The position numbers were made by a program, and so were the translations under genes. Below are positions 37,840-48,212 of a stretch of DNA of 64,000 bases, piece by piece (the first letter of the stretch is position 1; the number at the start of each line of letters is the position of its first letter). The stretch covers positions 96,001 through 160,000 of the IMG/VR virus record IMGVR_UViG_3300008259_004660; one strand, written 5' to 3'. Under the pieces are notes generated by a model. It ran no database searches. It was not told the origin of the DNA and was given only the letters and a program-made list of their open reading frames with translations. This DNA comes from a virus.

Positions 37840-38136
37840 ATGCCAGAACTACCATCCACTCAAAGAACATCATTAACAACAGATCTAAAGGCCAGATATG
37901 AACAGTCTGGAAAAAATTTGGCCAATGTTGGCGGCGGCAGTGCCAAAGATGCTGGAAAATTGGCTACAAACTTGATCGATAATACCGCAGTTGGACAAGG
38001 AAGAGAATGGGCACAAAAGCAATTTGGTTTAAAAGCTTCTACTGGCGTGACCAGTTTCACACAAAATGGTCTGCAATATTCGACCAATGTCTTGAAGGTA
38101 AATACCTCAAAATACGCTCCAAGCGGTCGTCTGTAA
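37840..38136 (+). CDS. Small hypothetical protein
   Basis: 98 aa with an SD-like AGGAG upstream. Confidence 0.6.
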   Translation: MPELPSTQRTSLTTDLKARYEQSGKNLANVGGGSAKDAGKLATNLIDNTAVGQGREWAQKQFGLKASTGVTSFTQNGLQYSTNVLKVNTSKYAPSGRL

Positions 38137-38156
38137 GTTAATTTATAAATGGTTAT

Positions 38157-38648
38157 ATGAAAGTACTTGGACTTGACTTGTCCACAACTACTTGTGGTTG
38201 GGCCATAACAGAAAACAAAATTATATTGGCCGCTGGCTTTGTTGATATATCCGACGTTGAGAAATATGACACAAAAGCTGATCTTATTATTAAAGCCCTA
38301 ATTGGTCATACATTTGATAAAATAATGATAGAAGAAAGTTTGTTTGGATTTGCTGGCGGCGGCACATCTCAACAAGTCATCATTAAATTGGTCAAGAACA
38401 AGGCAGTGATTGGTTATATACTTGAAAACTATTACAAAGTGGGTGTAGAGTCTATTCATGCTCAAACTGCTCGTAAAAAGGCTTTGGGAGCAGCCAGAAT
38501 CAAGGGCGTAAAGCCCAAGGTATTTGTAAAAGAATCTATTGAGCGAATGTATGATATGACTCCTTGGATTATAAAAAATACCAAAGGAAATCCAGACAAG
38601 CGAATGGAAGATATGTATGATGCTATCGTGCTTTCTCTGGCTGGTTGA
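38157..38648 (+). CDS. RuvC-like Holliday junction resolvase
   Basis: VLGLDLSTTTCGWA, IMIEES and EDMYDAIVL acidic catalytic pattern. Confidence 0.8.
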   Translation: MKVLGLDLSTTTCGWAITENKIILAAGFVDISDVEKYDTKADLIIKALIGHTFDKIMIEESLFGFAGGGTSQQVIIKLVKNKAVIGYILENYYKVGVESIHAQTARKKALGAARIKGVKPKVFVKESIERMYDMTPWIIKNTKGNPDKRMEDMYDAIVLSLAG

Positions 38649-38656
38649 TATTTATT
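38649..38656 (+). promoter_or_regulatory. Putative late-promoter variant TATTTATT
   Basis: 28 nt upstream of the ATG at 38685. Confidence 0.45.
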
Positions 38657-38684
38657 ATTATAACTTTTAACAAAAAATACTATT

Positions 38685-39167
38685 ATGAAAAGAAGTGAAC
38701 TAAAACAATTGATTAGAGAAACGATTGAAGAAATTTCAGCAGATACAGCCAGACGAGCGGCTGATAAGGCAAAGGAGTTGGGAAGATATCAACAAGCGGG
38801 CAGATTACAACTAACTGCTCAAAAAAAGGATGTGGCGGCGTTTGGTGGAGATGTAAAAATAGAAAAGATTAAAATCGGAGAAACCGGTATACTTTCCAGT
38901 GCAGAAATGCTAAAATTGGGTAAAACTAAAGATGGTAAACCCGGTATTTCTATCCGAGTAAAAGAACCCAACCCAGTAGCACACTATTATAAAGAAAGCG
39001 CCCCCTTCACCTACAAAATATATAATCTGGTAGACAACGATCCACATATAACCACCGAGGATAAAACTAAAGTGAAAGTTGGTCGCCAAGATAGAATGAA
39101 GTTGATAAAAGCATTCAAATCTATGGGCGTTGATATTAATCCCAATAAAATAAACATAATCGATTGA
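38685..39167 (+). CDS. Putative internal head protein with an N-terminal targeting helix
   Basis: N-terminus MKRSELKQLIRETIEEI. Confidence 0.55.
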   Translation: MKRSELKQLIRETIEEISADTARRAADKAKELGRYQQAGRLQLTAQKKDVAAFGGDVKIEKIKIGETGILSSAEMLKLGKTKDGKPGISIRVKEPNPVAHYYKESAPFTYKIYNLVDNDPHITTEDKTKVKVGRQDRMKLIKAFKSMGVDINPNKINIID

Positions 39168-39190
39168 TTTTTATCTGATAAAATTATTGC

Positions 39191-39218
39191 AAAACCCGCC
39201 AAATACGGCGGGTTTTTT
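39191..39218 (+). terminator. Intrinsic terminator (potentially bidirectional)
   Basis: AAAACCCGCC-AAATAC-GGCGGGTTTTTT. Confidence 0.88.
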
Positions 39219-39220
39219 GT

Positions 39221-39248
39221 TTGACTGATTTGCTATTTTCTGTATAGT
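39221..39248 (+). promoter_or_regulatory. sigma70-type promoter of the primase-sbcDC operon
   Basis: TTGACT, 16 nt, TATAGT, 10 nt before the ATG. Confidence 0.6.
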
Positions 39249-39258
39249 GATGCGGTAA

Positions 39259-40230
39259 ATGTCATCACTAAAAGTATCAGAACTTACAAGTCTATTGAAC
39301 AAATCGTTCAAGGAAACGGGTAGACTGCGTAAGGGCAACAACTTACAATATCATTGTCCATTTTGCCATCATCACAAAATGAAGATGGAGGTATGTTTGG
39401 ATGAACCAAATCAATGGCACTGTTGGGTATGTAATGCCAAGGGCAGAGGAATATATTGGCTGTTGAAAAAGATGAATGTTGGACAAGATGTTCTGACCAA
39501 AGTTGAAAACATCTTTGGTTCATCAGAACCAAAACACAGTCTTTCTGTTTTTGACGCAAAGATTCTTTCATTGACCAAAAAACAGGAAAGCGCCGAAAGC
39601 TCGGAAATGTTGAGTCTTATGCCAGAGTTCAAAAGTCTTGCTGAAAATGATGGTAGTAGAGAACACGCCATTGCTTTGAACTATGCTAAAAAGCGCAAGA
39701 TTACGATGTGTGATATTATCAAATACAATATTGGATATTGCGCCAAGGGACCATTCTCAAACAGGCTTGTGTTTCCTTCATATGACAAGCATAACAATTT
39801 AAATTTTTACTCTTGTCGCAGCTATTATGATGATGGCTACAAATACAAGAACAGCGAATTCAGCAAAGATATTGTTGGGTTTGAAAACCTTGTAGACTTT
39901 GATTTTCCAATTTATCTCTGTGAAGGTGCATTGGATGCCATATCATTGAAGCGTAATGCCATTCCACTCTTTGGCAAGTCAATGAGTAAGAAGCTAAAAC
40001 AGGCAATCATACAAAGCAATTGTCCAGAAGTGAACATTGTATTGGACGATGACGCTTTGGAAGATTCAATTAAAATTGCAGAATATGTCCGCAGCATAGG
40101 AAAAGAGGCTAAGATTGTAAAATTGGAAGGTAAAGATCCCAATGTTCTTGGATTTGCCAAGACGATGGAACAAATCAAAAAAACAGATCTGCTTGACTTT
40201 TCGTCAATGATCAGATTAAAGTTGGAATAA
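39259..40230 (+). CDS. DNA primase (zinc-binding domain plus TOPRIM)
   Basis: CPFCHH...WHCWVC, YNIGYC, RLVFP, YLCEGALDA and VLDDDA motifs. Confidence 0.9.
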   Translation: MSSLKVSELTSLLNKSFKETGRLRKGNNLQYHCPFCHHHKMKMEVCLDEPNQWHCWVCNAKGRGIYWLLKKMNVGQDVLTKVENIFGSSEPKHSLSVFDAKILSLTKKQESAESSEMLSLMPEFKSLAENDGSREHAIALNYAKKRKITMCDIIKYNIGYCAKGPFSNRLVFPSYDKHNNLNFYSCRSYYDDGYKYKNSEFSKDIVGFENLVDFDFPIYLCEGALDAISLKRNAIPLFGKSMSKKLKQAIIQSNCPEVNIVLDDDALEDSIKIAEYVRSIGKEAKIVKLEGKDPNVLGFAKTMEQIKKTDLLDFSSMIRLKLE

Positions 40231-40236
40231 TAATTT

Positions 40237-43200
40237 ATGGTAGATACATACGAAACACTTGATATAGGCTTGGACAAAGTTGATTATGTTGTTCATGTCT
40301 CAGACATTCACATTCGCTTGACCAAACGCCATGAGGAATATCGTGAGGCATTTGCCAAACTATATAAGGAAATTGAAAATACACCAAAGAACACGGTTAT
40401 CATAAACACGGGTGATACATTGCACAGCAAGGTTGATTTGTCACCTGAAGCTGTTCAACTTACCAGTGAATTGTTTCATAATTTGGCAAATCTTCGTCCT
40501 ACCATTGTTATTGCGGGAAATCATGACTGTCTTCTTACCAATGTTACACGTTTGGACAGCATTTCTCCTATCATTGATAATCTAAAACATAAAAATCTGT
40601 TTTATATCAAAGGTACAAAATTGTTTGGCGCGGGAAATCTTCTCATCAACAACATGAGTGTGTTTGATGATCCTACCAAGTACATTCGAATGAAGAATGT
40701 GGTGAAGAAGATCAAGACAGCATTCGATACCAAGGTTGCGCTATATCATGGATCTGTGTTTAGCGCGATGACTGATGTTGGATATGAGGTTACTGACAAA
40801 ACCGTATCAAACGAGTTGTTTGATGGTCATGACATAGCGATGCTTGGTGATATTCATATGGCGCAAAATTTACAGCAATATGATGCCTCTAATGAAAAAC
40901 CTATCATACGATATGCGGGATCTTTCATTCAACAAAATCACGGTGAAGCATTAAGTGGCCACGGATTTTCATTATGGGATATTAAAAACAGAGCATATAA
41001 GCATATTGAAATACCAAATGATTATGGATATTTTACCATTGATATTGACGATGGTAAGTTGATCACAGACATAAGCGGTTTGCCAAGTAAGCCAAAGATG
41101 CGTGTAAGATGCAAAGAAACGATTGCATCGGAAGTGAAAAAGGTGATAAATGAGATCAAAAAGAACCACGAAATCACTGATATCATTTATATGCGAGTGG
41201 AAAGTGATGACGCCACCAAGGTTGCAAAAAAGCAAGCATCTGCCAATCTCACACAGATTACAAATCTTGATTATCAGAACAAACTGATGTCGGAATGTCT
41301 TAAGGTCAAATATCCTGAAATCATGGACGATGAAACTCTTGAGACTGTATACAAAATTAACAAGGATCTTAATTCATCATTGGACGATGACGATGTTTCA
41401 AAGAATATCAGATGGAAGCCAGTTAAGTTTGAATTCAGTAATATGTTCAGTTATGGCGAGGACAATGTAGTTGATTTCACCAAGCTTGATGATGTATACG
41501 GATTGTTCGCGTCGAATGCCAGTGGTAAATCTTCCTTGATGGATGCATTATGCTTTACAGTATTTGACAAGAGTGCCAGAGCATTCAAGGCAGTACATGT
41601 TCTTAATTCGCAAAAAATGAGTTTTAGCGGAAAATTCACTTTTGAAATCAATGATATGCAGTATGTCATTGAACGAAAAGGTTCACGTGACAAGAAAAAT
41701 AATGTGAAAGTTGATGTAAACTTTTATAAGATTGAAAAGAATGAAAAGATAAGCTTGAACAGCGAAGCTCGCCGCAGTACCAATGAAATCATCAGAGATT
41801 ATTTGGGAGATTATGATGATTTTGTTCTTACCACACTTGCTCTACAGGGAAATCAAGGATCTTTCATTGATATGGGTCAAACAGAGCGCAAAGAACTTCT
41901 ATCACAGTTCATTGGATTGAATGTGTTTGATAAGCTTGCTGCCAGTGCCAATGACAAGATCAAGGAACTTACTGGTGCCATCAAAACTTTCAACAAGGAA
42001 AACAATCAGTCAAAAATTGAAGGAATGAAAACTGAGGTTGGATTATTGGAATCTAAACTAATTGATTTGAACGAGCAAAAGGAAAAGCACAGTGATGAAT
42101 ATGTGAAAATAAACGAGAAGATAAATACCGAGCAATCCAAACTTGTTAAGTTAGATAATGTTCCAACCAATGTTGCCACCTTGAAAAAAGAAAAGGAGAC
42201 GTTGGAAATAAAAATCAAACAAGCAGTTGAAAGTGTTTCAAACATAGACAAAGAAATTCAGACAAAGAAAAAAGAATATGATGAAATTATCAGTAAACTA
42301 AACGAATTTCCATCGGACTTGAAAGAAAAAGCAGATAAACATGCCAGTTTGAATAGAAACAAGCAGCGGATTGAGCAAGAGATGGAAAAACTGAAACTGG
42401 TTGTCAAGGAGAAGCTCAATAAACTTGATCATCTATCAAAGCATGAGTATGATCCAAATTGCAAATACTGCTGTAATAATGCATTTGTCAAGGATGCTAT
42501 GGCTGCAAAAAACAGTCTCAATGATGACAAAGAGGAAGCAAGAAAACTGTCAGTTTCATTGGCTGAAATAAAATCGCAGATAGAAGAACTTGAACAGTTT
42601 GTATCACAATATCAAAATAGTTCATCTCTGAAAGATCGTTCAAATATTCTGTCGTCATTTATTTCCAAAAAGGAACTCGAAAAAGCAACACTAAGCAATT
42701 TATTGGACAAGAGTAAAAACAGATCAACTGAAATTGAAAACCAAATTGAAATTTATGAACGCTCAAAAGAGATCATAGAAAACAATAAAGTTATTCTTTC
42801 TGTAATAACAGAATTAAAGTCAACTAGTAGCGATCTATCGTCCAAGCTCAAGAGCATTGAAAAGTCTCATGTTGATGCATACAGTCGAAAAGTATCAGTG
42901 TCTGATCAAATCAAAAACATCGAAGAGCAGATAAAGAAAATAGAAGATTATGAGAATGAAGTGGCCTCATATCAATATTACATTGCTGCGATTGGAAAGG
43001 ACGGTGTACCATATCGCATCATATCAGACGCAATTCCAAAAATTGAACAAGAAGTAAACAATATATTGTCACACATTGTTGAATTCACTATGGAAATGGA
43101 AACAGATGGTAAGAATGTGAATGTGTATATCAAATATGATGATCGTAAATGGCCGCTTGAACTTTGTTCTGGTATGGAAAAGTTTGTGGCTGGTTTAGCA

Positions 43201-43443
43201 CTTCGTGTTGCACTAATCAACATCAGTAATCTTCCAAGACCAAATTTCCTTGTGGTAGATGAAGGATTTAGTGCATTGGATGCATCAAATATGCCAATGG
43301 TTCATGCATTGTTTGATTATTTGAAGACCAATTTTGACTTCATTGTTGTAATAAGTCATCTTGATGCCATGAGAGATATGGTCAATAAACAGCTTGAGAT
43401 CAGGAAGGAAAACGGGTTCAGTAAGATAGATAACACGGTTTAA
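40237..43443 (+). CDS. Fused SbcD(Mre11/gp47)-SbcC(Rad50/gp46) nuclease-ATPase
   Basis: SDIH, GD..H, GNHD and GDIH phosphoesterase motifs; NASGKS Walker A, CKYC zinc hook, CSGMEK signature and VVDEG Walker B. Confidence 0.9.
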   Translation: MVDTYETLDIGLDKVDYVVHVSDIHIRLTKRHEEYREAFAKLYKEIENTPKNTVIINTGDTLHSKVDLSPEAVQLTSELFHNLANLRPTIVIAGNHDCLLTNVTRLDSISPIIDNLKHKNLFYIKGTKLFGAGNLLINNMSVFDDPTKYIRMKNVVKKIKTAFDTKVALYHGSVFSAMTDVGYEVTDKTVSNELFDGHDIAMLGDIHMAQNLQQYDASNEKPIIRYAGSFIQQNHGEALSGHGFSLWDIKNRAYKHIEIPNDYGYFTIDIDDGKLITDISGLPSKPKMRVRCKETIASEVKKVINEIKKNHEITDIIYMRVESDDATKVAKKQASANLTQITNLDYQNKLMSECLKVKYPEIMDDETLETVYKINKDLNSSLDDDDVSKNIRWKPVKFEFSNMFSYGEDNVVDFTKLDDVYGLFASNASGKSSLMDALCFTVFDKSARAFKAVHVLNSQKMSFSGKFTFEINDMQYVIERKGSRDKKNNVKVDVNFYKIEKNEKISLNSEARRSTNEIIRDYLGDYDDFVLTTLALQGNQGSFIDMGQTERKELLSQFIGLNVFDKLAASANDKIKELTGAIKTFNKENNQSKIEGMKTEVGLLESKLIDLNEQKEKHSDEYVKINEKINTEQSKLVKLDNVPTNVATLKKEKETLEIKIKQAVESVSNIDKEIQTKKKEYDEIISKLNEFPSDLKEKADKHASLNRNKQRIEQEMEKLKLVVKEKLNKLDHLSKHEYDPNCKYCCNNAFVKDAMAAKNSLNDDKEEARKLSVSLAEIKSQIEELEQFVSQYQNSSSLKDRSNILSSFISKKELEKATLSNLLDKSKNRSTEIENQIEIYERSKEIIENNKVILSVITELKSTSSDLSSKLKSIEKSHVDAYSRKVSVSDQIKNIEEQIKKIEDYENEVASYQYYIAAIGKDGVPYRIISDAIPKIEQEVNNILSHIVEFTMEMETDGKNVNVYIKYDDRKWPLELCSGMEKFVAGLALRVALINISNLPRPNFLVVDEGFSALDASNMPMVHALFDYLKTNFDFIVVISHLDAMRDMVNKQLEIRKENGFSKIDNTV

Positions 43444-43447
43444 GAGA

Positions 43448-43455
43448 TATTTATA
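43448..43455 (+). promoter_or_regulatory. Putative late-promoter motif TATTTATA
   Basis: 23 nt upstream of the ATG at 43479. Confidence 0.55.
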
Positions 43456-43478
43456 ACCATAGGCGTATATATAAACCT

Positions 43479-45578
43479 ATGGAACAGATCACAAGCACAG
43501 ACACCAACTCAAATTCCTACTTTCTTTTATCAAATTTCAATGATATACTAAAAGCGGGAAAGAATGCGTTTGTAGTAAATCCTACGCAGTTTATTGTACC
43601 AAACACCGAGATAAAAGTGTTTGCGTATGATAGTAACAACAATCCACTACCTTGTGGTAAAGTAAAACCGACAGACGCGAGATTTGCCGAACAAACCAAC
43701 ACCGGCGATCTTTATTATGTACTCGTTTCATCAACAATACCATCTGGTGTTGGTAGAATAGAAATAGTTGGAACAGGAATCGATGCCATAGATTATGTTG
43801 GTAAAATTGCATATTTCAACAATCAGGCATATGCAGTATCAAACACTCAAAGATTGCCGTTGACTCAAGCGCCCAATTCTTCTCCATTCAAAAAAGTGAC
43901 AGTAAATTGGACTAGAAACTTGTTGATAGATACAACAAAAGCCGCTGATTGTGAAGTTAGGTTTTTTGATTCACCTTATGTGGAAATAACTCCACAGATA
44001 TATTCTGCTCCATTGTTTCCAACGGATTCATACAGACTTGCATCAGGTTCATTTTCGTCCATTGCAATTGTTCCAAAACACAATGCAAATGGTGATTATG
44101 ATTACCAATTTGATACTCCAATTTACCAACTATATTTGAATACAGGCACCAAGTTCAGTTCTTCGATGGAACATGAAGAAATAAGAATAAAGAGTCCAAG
44201 TGTTAAGAATTTCATTTATACCAACCAAACAAATAACCAAGTTACATTTGAAGGTCAATTAAATACAGATTTCACGGCAACAATACGAAAAGTAATAAAT
44301 GACACCACTCTATTATTGGATATACCATTCTCTACAGTTTCGGATATTATTGAAAAATCAAACACCGATTCTGTTTACAACAAGAACAATTTGGTAAACA
44401 TAAAAGGATATAATGCATCAGATGATGCAAATAGACAAACTGTTTATCATAAGAAAAATTTCTACATTTTAAGCATGGATAGCGGTGAGTTTGAAATTTT
44501 TCATAAAAATGTTCCCACAGAATTGCCTCGCGCCGTAATTGTCGGATCTACAACTAATAAAAAATCATTACTTAGCATAGATTGTAGTAATCTAAGATTG
44601 TTGTGTGGAAATTTGTCATCATACAAGATATATGGAAAAAGTTTAAATTCTCCGCAAAGTAAAACACTACTTTGTGATGGTAAAATAGAGCCTAGTAATT
44701 TGATATATTCAACCAATTTCGACAATGGGTTGTATGGCAACCCGAACAAATTTTACAACGCAATCCATCTGTCAAAATATTGGATATCGTCCAGTCTTAA
44801 TATCACGTTTGAACAATCTCATACTACTTTGATAGATGGAGCAACCATCAGCCACAGCGATAATCTATCACAAACAGACTATGTTATCTTCAAAGATAAT
44901 ACCACATCTGGGAGAACTTCTGCTTATATAAGTTATTCACTTGGATCTAATTCATATTGGTATGCAAAATCTCCAGCGTTTGTTAATTTTTCTGTTTATC
45001 CAACCGCCTCATACTTGGGAATAACAAATATATCAACACTATCTGCATACGAAACCTCTCAAGAAAATTTAATATCCGGCTCGATACACGACAGCAATCC
45101 AATAAAACTTCAAGCCAACACATTGTATGAATTTTCCACATATGTAAAATCGGCGGCATCAAATACTGAAAATTCAATTTTGTATGTGTATTTCATGAGT
45201 GGAACCGACAAAATTAAAATTGCAGAAATAGATAGTACTTTTAATTTTGGTGGTAATGAAAAATACAGATATACATTTTTCAGCGAAATTGAAAGGTATG
45301 GAACGATCATATTAGTTCCCGTTTCTGGAAATTGGACTGTTTCTGATTTGGGTATATATCCATATCAAAATTTAGATTACAGTCCAGATAGTTTTAATGT
45401 CAAAGTTCCTTTGGCTGTTTCGGTTGAAAATGAATTGTATGAAGTGGAAGTTGAGTTGTATGATGAATCATCAAGATTGGCTTATGGTAGAAATTCATAT
45501 ACATTCACATATAATAAAAAGTTTCTTCCACTAAAAAAACAAATATTTGTAGATCCAAGCGGCATAACTATAAATTGA
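43479..45578 (+). CDS. Probable virion structural protein
   Basis: 699 aa, beta-strand/Ser-Thr-Asn rich, preceded by the late motif. Confidence 0.55.
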   Translation: MEQITSTDTNSNSYFLLSNFNDILKAGKNAFVVNPTQFIVPNTEIKVFAYDSNNNPLPCGKVKPTDARFAEQTNTGDLYYVLVSSTIPSGVGRIEIVGTGIDAIDYVGKIAYFNNQAYAVSNTQRLPLTQAPNSSPFKKVTVNWTRNLLIDTTKAADCEVRFFDSPYVEITPQIYSAPLFPTDSYRLASGSFSSIAIVPKHNANGDYDYQFDTPIYQLYLNTGTKFSSSMEHEEIRIKSPSVKNFIYTNQTNNQVTFEGQLNTDFTATIRKVINDTTLLLDIPFSTVSDIIEKSNTDSVYNKNNLVNIKGYNASDDANRQTVYHKKNFYILSMDSGEFEIFHKNVPTELPRAVIVGSTTNKKSLLSIDCSNLRLLCGNLSSYKIYGKSLNSPQSKTLLCDGKIEPSNLIYSTNFDNGLYGNPNKFYNAIHLSKYWISSSLNITFEQSHTTLIDGATISHSDNLSQTDYVIFKDNTTSGRTSAYISYSLGSNSYWYAKSPAFVNFSVYPTASYLGITNISTLSAYETSQENLISGSIHDSNPIKLQANTLYEFSTYVKSAASNTENSILYVYFMSGTDKIKIAEIDSTFNFGGNEKYRYTFFSEIERYGTIILVPVSGNWTVSDLGIYPYQNLDYSPDSFNVKVPLAVSVENELYEVEVELYDESSRLAYGRNSYTFTYNKKFLPLKKQIFVDPSGITIN

Positions 45579-45587
45579 AGAAGATAT

Positions 45588-45622
45588 TATTTATTTGACA
45601 GATACACAAAATGTTATAACAT
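45588..45622 (+). promoter_or_regulatory. Overlapping late (TATTTATT) and sigma70-type (TTGACA-16-TAACAT) promoters of glycosylation cluster 2
   Basis: TATTTATT at 45588-45595, TTGACA at 45595-45600 and TAACAT at 45617-45622. Confidence 0.5.
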
Positions 45623-45630
45623 AATCCGAT

Positions 45631-47559
45631 ATGAAAATAGTTTATATTTCTCCACACCTTTCAACGGGCGGATGTCCACAGTTTCTATTGAAGAAAATTC
45701 AAATGTTACATATGGACCACGAGGTGCATTGTATCGAATATAATGATCATGGGTGTTTTACTGTTCAAAAGAATCAGATCAAAGAAATTCTTGGTGATAG
45801 ACTTTACAGAGTAAATGATCGCAAGGAGGAATTGCTGGAAATTATTGATAGAGTTCAGCCAGATGTGGTTCATTTGGAAGAAATGCCAGAATATTTCATG
45901 GACAAGAGTATTGCGATGAAATTGTATAGCAAGGATCGAAAATATAAACTCATTGAAACATCCCATGACAGCAGCTTTGATCCAAAAAACAAAGGATTTT
46001 TTCCAGATAGATTTATATTCGTCAGTAAGTTTCAGGAAGAAACCATGAAAGTTTTGGGTATTCCAAGTGAAGTTTGTGAATATCCTATTGTTATTATTCC
46101 AAGAAAGCCGCGTGAAGAAGCACTGAAAGTATTGGGGCAAGATCCAAAGAAAAAACATGTAGTTCACGTTGGGTTATTTACTCCAAGAAAAAATCAGGCC
46201 GAGATCATTGATTATGCCAAGTCTCTGATCAATTATCCAATACAATTTCACTTTGTAGGAAATCAAGCTGAAAATTTCAGATTCTATTGGGAACCGTTGA
46301 TGAAAAATTTTCCAAAGAATTGCACTTGGTGGAATGAAAGAAAAGATGTTGGCAATTTTTACCAAATGGCAGATCTATTTCTATTTCCATCAAAGGATGG
46401 TATTGGAGACAAAGAGACAAGTCCATTGGTGATACGAGAAGCAATATCATATAACATTCCCACACTTATATACAATTCTCCTGTTTATATGGGAATGTAT
46501 GATAAGTTTGATGCTGTGGAATATTTGGATCAAAATAGCAAAGATAACAACGCGAAGAAAATATTGGAAATGCTCAGTATTGATTTGAATGATATTGTTC
46601 CGATTGAAGCAGAAAAGGACGAAGATATCAAGATTGATTATGATCGCGCAGACAATAAGATAAATGTCTCCAGTCGTATCCAAATTGAAAATGCCCTACT
46701 ATCAATTAAAGAGTTGGATAGCAAGCAAGTATTATATGCAGCGCCATACAACCCATTACACAAAGATATCAAGTATTGGATTATTCCTGTGCCCAAGGGG
46801 TTCATGGATTTTGAAACAGATAAATACTTTGGTGGTATATTGGTTGAATTGTACAGCAATGATAAGCTCATATACACCAAGGAATTCAGAATCAAGTATC
46901 CAGATGTACTAAAACCTTCTGTGGTGTTAAAGAACAACACATCGCCTTCATACAGCAATTATATGGAATTTTTTGTACACAAGATATATGATCGTTATCT
47001 TGCCAACAAGAAATTTGACACCGTGGTTGATGTTGGTGCCAATATCGGATTATGGTCCGAATATATCAGACGCTCGTCAACTTGCCAAAAGATATACGCG
47101 GTCGAGCCTAATATCCAAGCATTGGAGATATTGACCAACTCTTTTACAAACAATGAATTTATTATTGTGGACAAAGCTCTTACAGATAAAGATGGCGAGT
47201 TGGAATTCTTCGTAGACAACAACAATTCCACAATTGGCGCAACAACAAAACAGGGAAGTCTTCAAAACTCATACAAAGTAAAAGCGGTGTCGTTCAAGAC
47301 ATTCCTAAAAGAGAATGACATCAAACATATTGACTTGTTCAAAATGGATATTGAAGGTGGTGAATATTCATTCTTTGAAAGCATGCAGAGCGAAGATTTG
47401 AACAAGATTTCCAACCTTATGATTGAATTTCATCTTGGAAACGGAAGAACGATGGAAAAAGATGTCGCGATTCTTGAAGCACTTTTCAGAGGTGCTGGGT
47501 TCAAGAGCTTTATTTCAAAGGAACATGACTTGGGTGGATTTATCTTTGCAACCAAATGA
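45631..47559 (+). CDS. GT4-like glycosyltransferase fused to a FkbM-family methyltransferase
   Basis: HLSTGG, VGLFTPRKNQ and KETSPLVIREA; C-terminal VVDVGANIG and LFKMDIEGGE. Confidence 0.82.
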   Translation: MKIVYISPHLSTGGCPQFLLKKIQMLHMDHEVHCIEYNDHGCFTVQKNQIKEILGDRLYRVNDRKEELLEIIDRVQPDVVHLEEMPEYFMDKSIAMKLYSKDRKYKLIETSHDSSFDPKNKGFFPDRFIFVSKFQEETMKVLGIPSEVCEYPIVIIPRKPREEALKVLGQDPKKKHVVHVGLFTPRKNQAEIIDYAKSLINYPIQFHFVGNQAENFRFYWEPLMKNFPKNCTWWNERKDVGNFYQMADLFLFPSKDGIGDKETSPLVIREAISYNIPTLIYNSPVYMGMYDKFDAVEYLDQNSKDNNAKKILEMLSIDLNDIVPIEAEKDEDIKIDYDRADNKINVSSRIQIENALLSIKELDSKQVLYAAPYNPLHKDIKYWIIPVPKGFMDFETDKYFGGILVELYSNDKLIYTKEFRIKYPDVLKPSVVLKNNTSPSYSNYMEFFVHKIYDRYLANKKFDTVVDVGANIGLWSEYIRRSSTCQKIYAVEPNIQALEILTNSFTNNEFIIVDKALTDKDGELEFFVDNNNSTIGATTKQGSLQNSYKVKAVSFKTFLKENDIKHIDLFKMDIEGGEYSFFESMQSEDLNKISNLMIEFHLGNGRTMEKDVAILEALFRGAGFKSFISKEHDLGGFIFATK

Positions 47560-47562
47560 TGT

Positions 47563-48210
47563 ATGGAATGGTCTGAAATTACAACAACATACCTTTCTGG
47601 GCTTGTAGGTGGAATAGATGGTGTATTTCACGCGGGTGCTCATGATGGTGAAGAAATAACCGAGTATGTCAAATGCGGCATAAATAACATTGTTTGGGTC
47701 GAAGCCAATTACAGAACACTCAATAAGCTGATAAACACCACATCAAAGTATGGAAGAAACCAATTTTGGTATTCACATTGCCTATCCGATGTTGATGATC
47801 AGATCAATGTGTTCAACATATCCAACAACGATGAAAGTTCTTCCATGCTTGATTTTGGAAAAGATCATAAAGAGCTTATGTCTCATATCGTATATGTTAG
47901 CAAACAATATATGCTTACCAAGCGAATTGACACATTAGTCAAAGAACAAAAAGATTTTGATTGGAACAGCATCAATTATTTGGTAACAGATTGCCAAGGA
48001 TGTGATTTGAAGGTGTTGAAAGGATGTGGAAATTTGCTTGCTTCTCCAAATTTGAAAATAATCAAAAGTGAAGTTGATGTGAAAGAAATGTATCGTGGTG
48101 GATCAACGGAAAAAGAAATTGGAAATCACTTATCTCAGTTTGGTTTTGAGCTTAGATTTTGGTTCAATGCAAATGGTGGTTGGGGCGAACGTTATTGGTT
48201 CAGAAATTAA
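47563..48210 (+). CDS. FkbM-family SAM-dependent methyltransferase
   Basis: VFHAGAHDGEE, VWVEAN and YLVTDCQGCDLKVLKG motifs. Confidence 0.8.
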   Translation: MEWSEITTTYLSGLVGGIDGVFHAGAHDGEEITEYVKCGINNIVWVEANYRTLNKLINTTSKYGRNQFWYSHCLSDVDDQINVFNISNNDESSSMLDFGKDHKELMSHIVYVSKQYMLTKRIDTLVKEQKDFDWNSINYLVTDCQGCDLKVLKGCGNLLASPNLKIIKSEVDVKEMYRGGSTEKEIGNHLSQFGFELRFWFNANGGWGERYWFRN

Positions 48211-48212
48211 TT

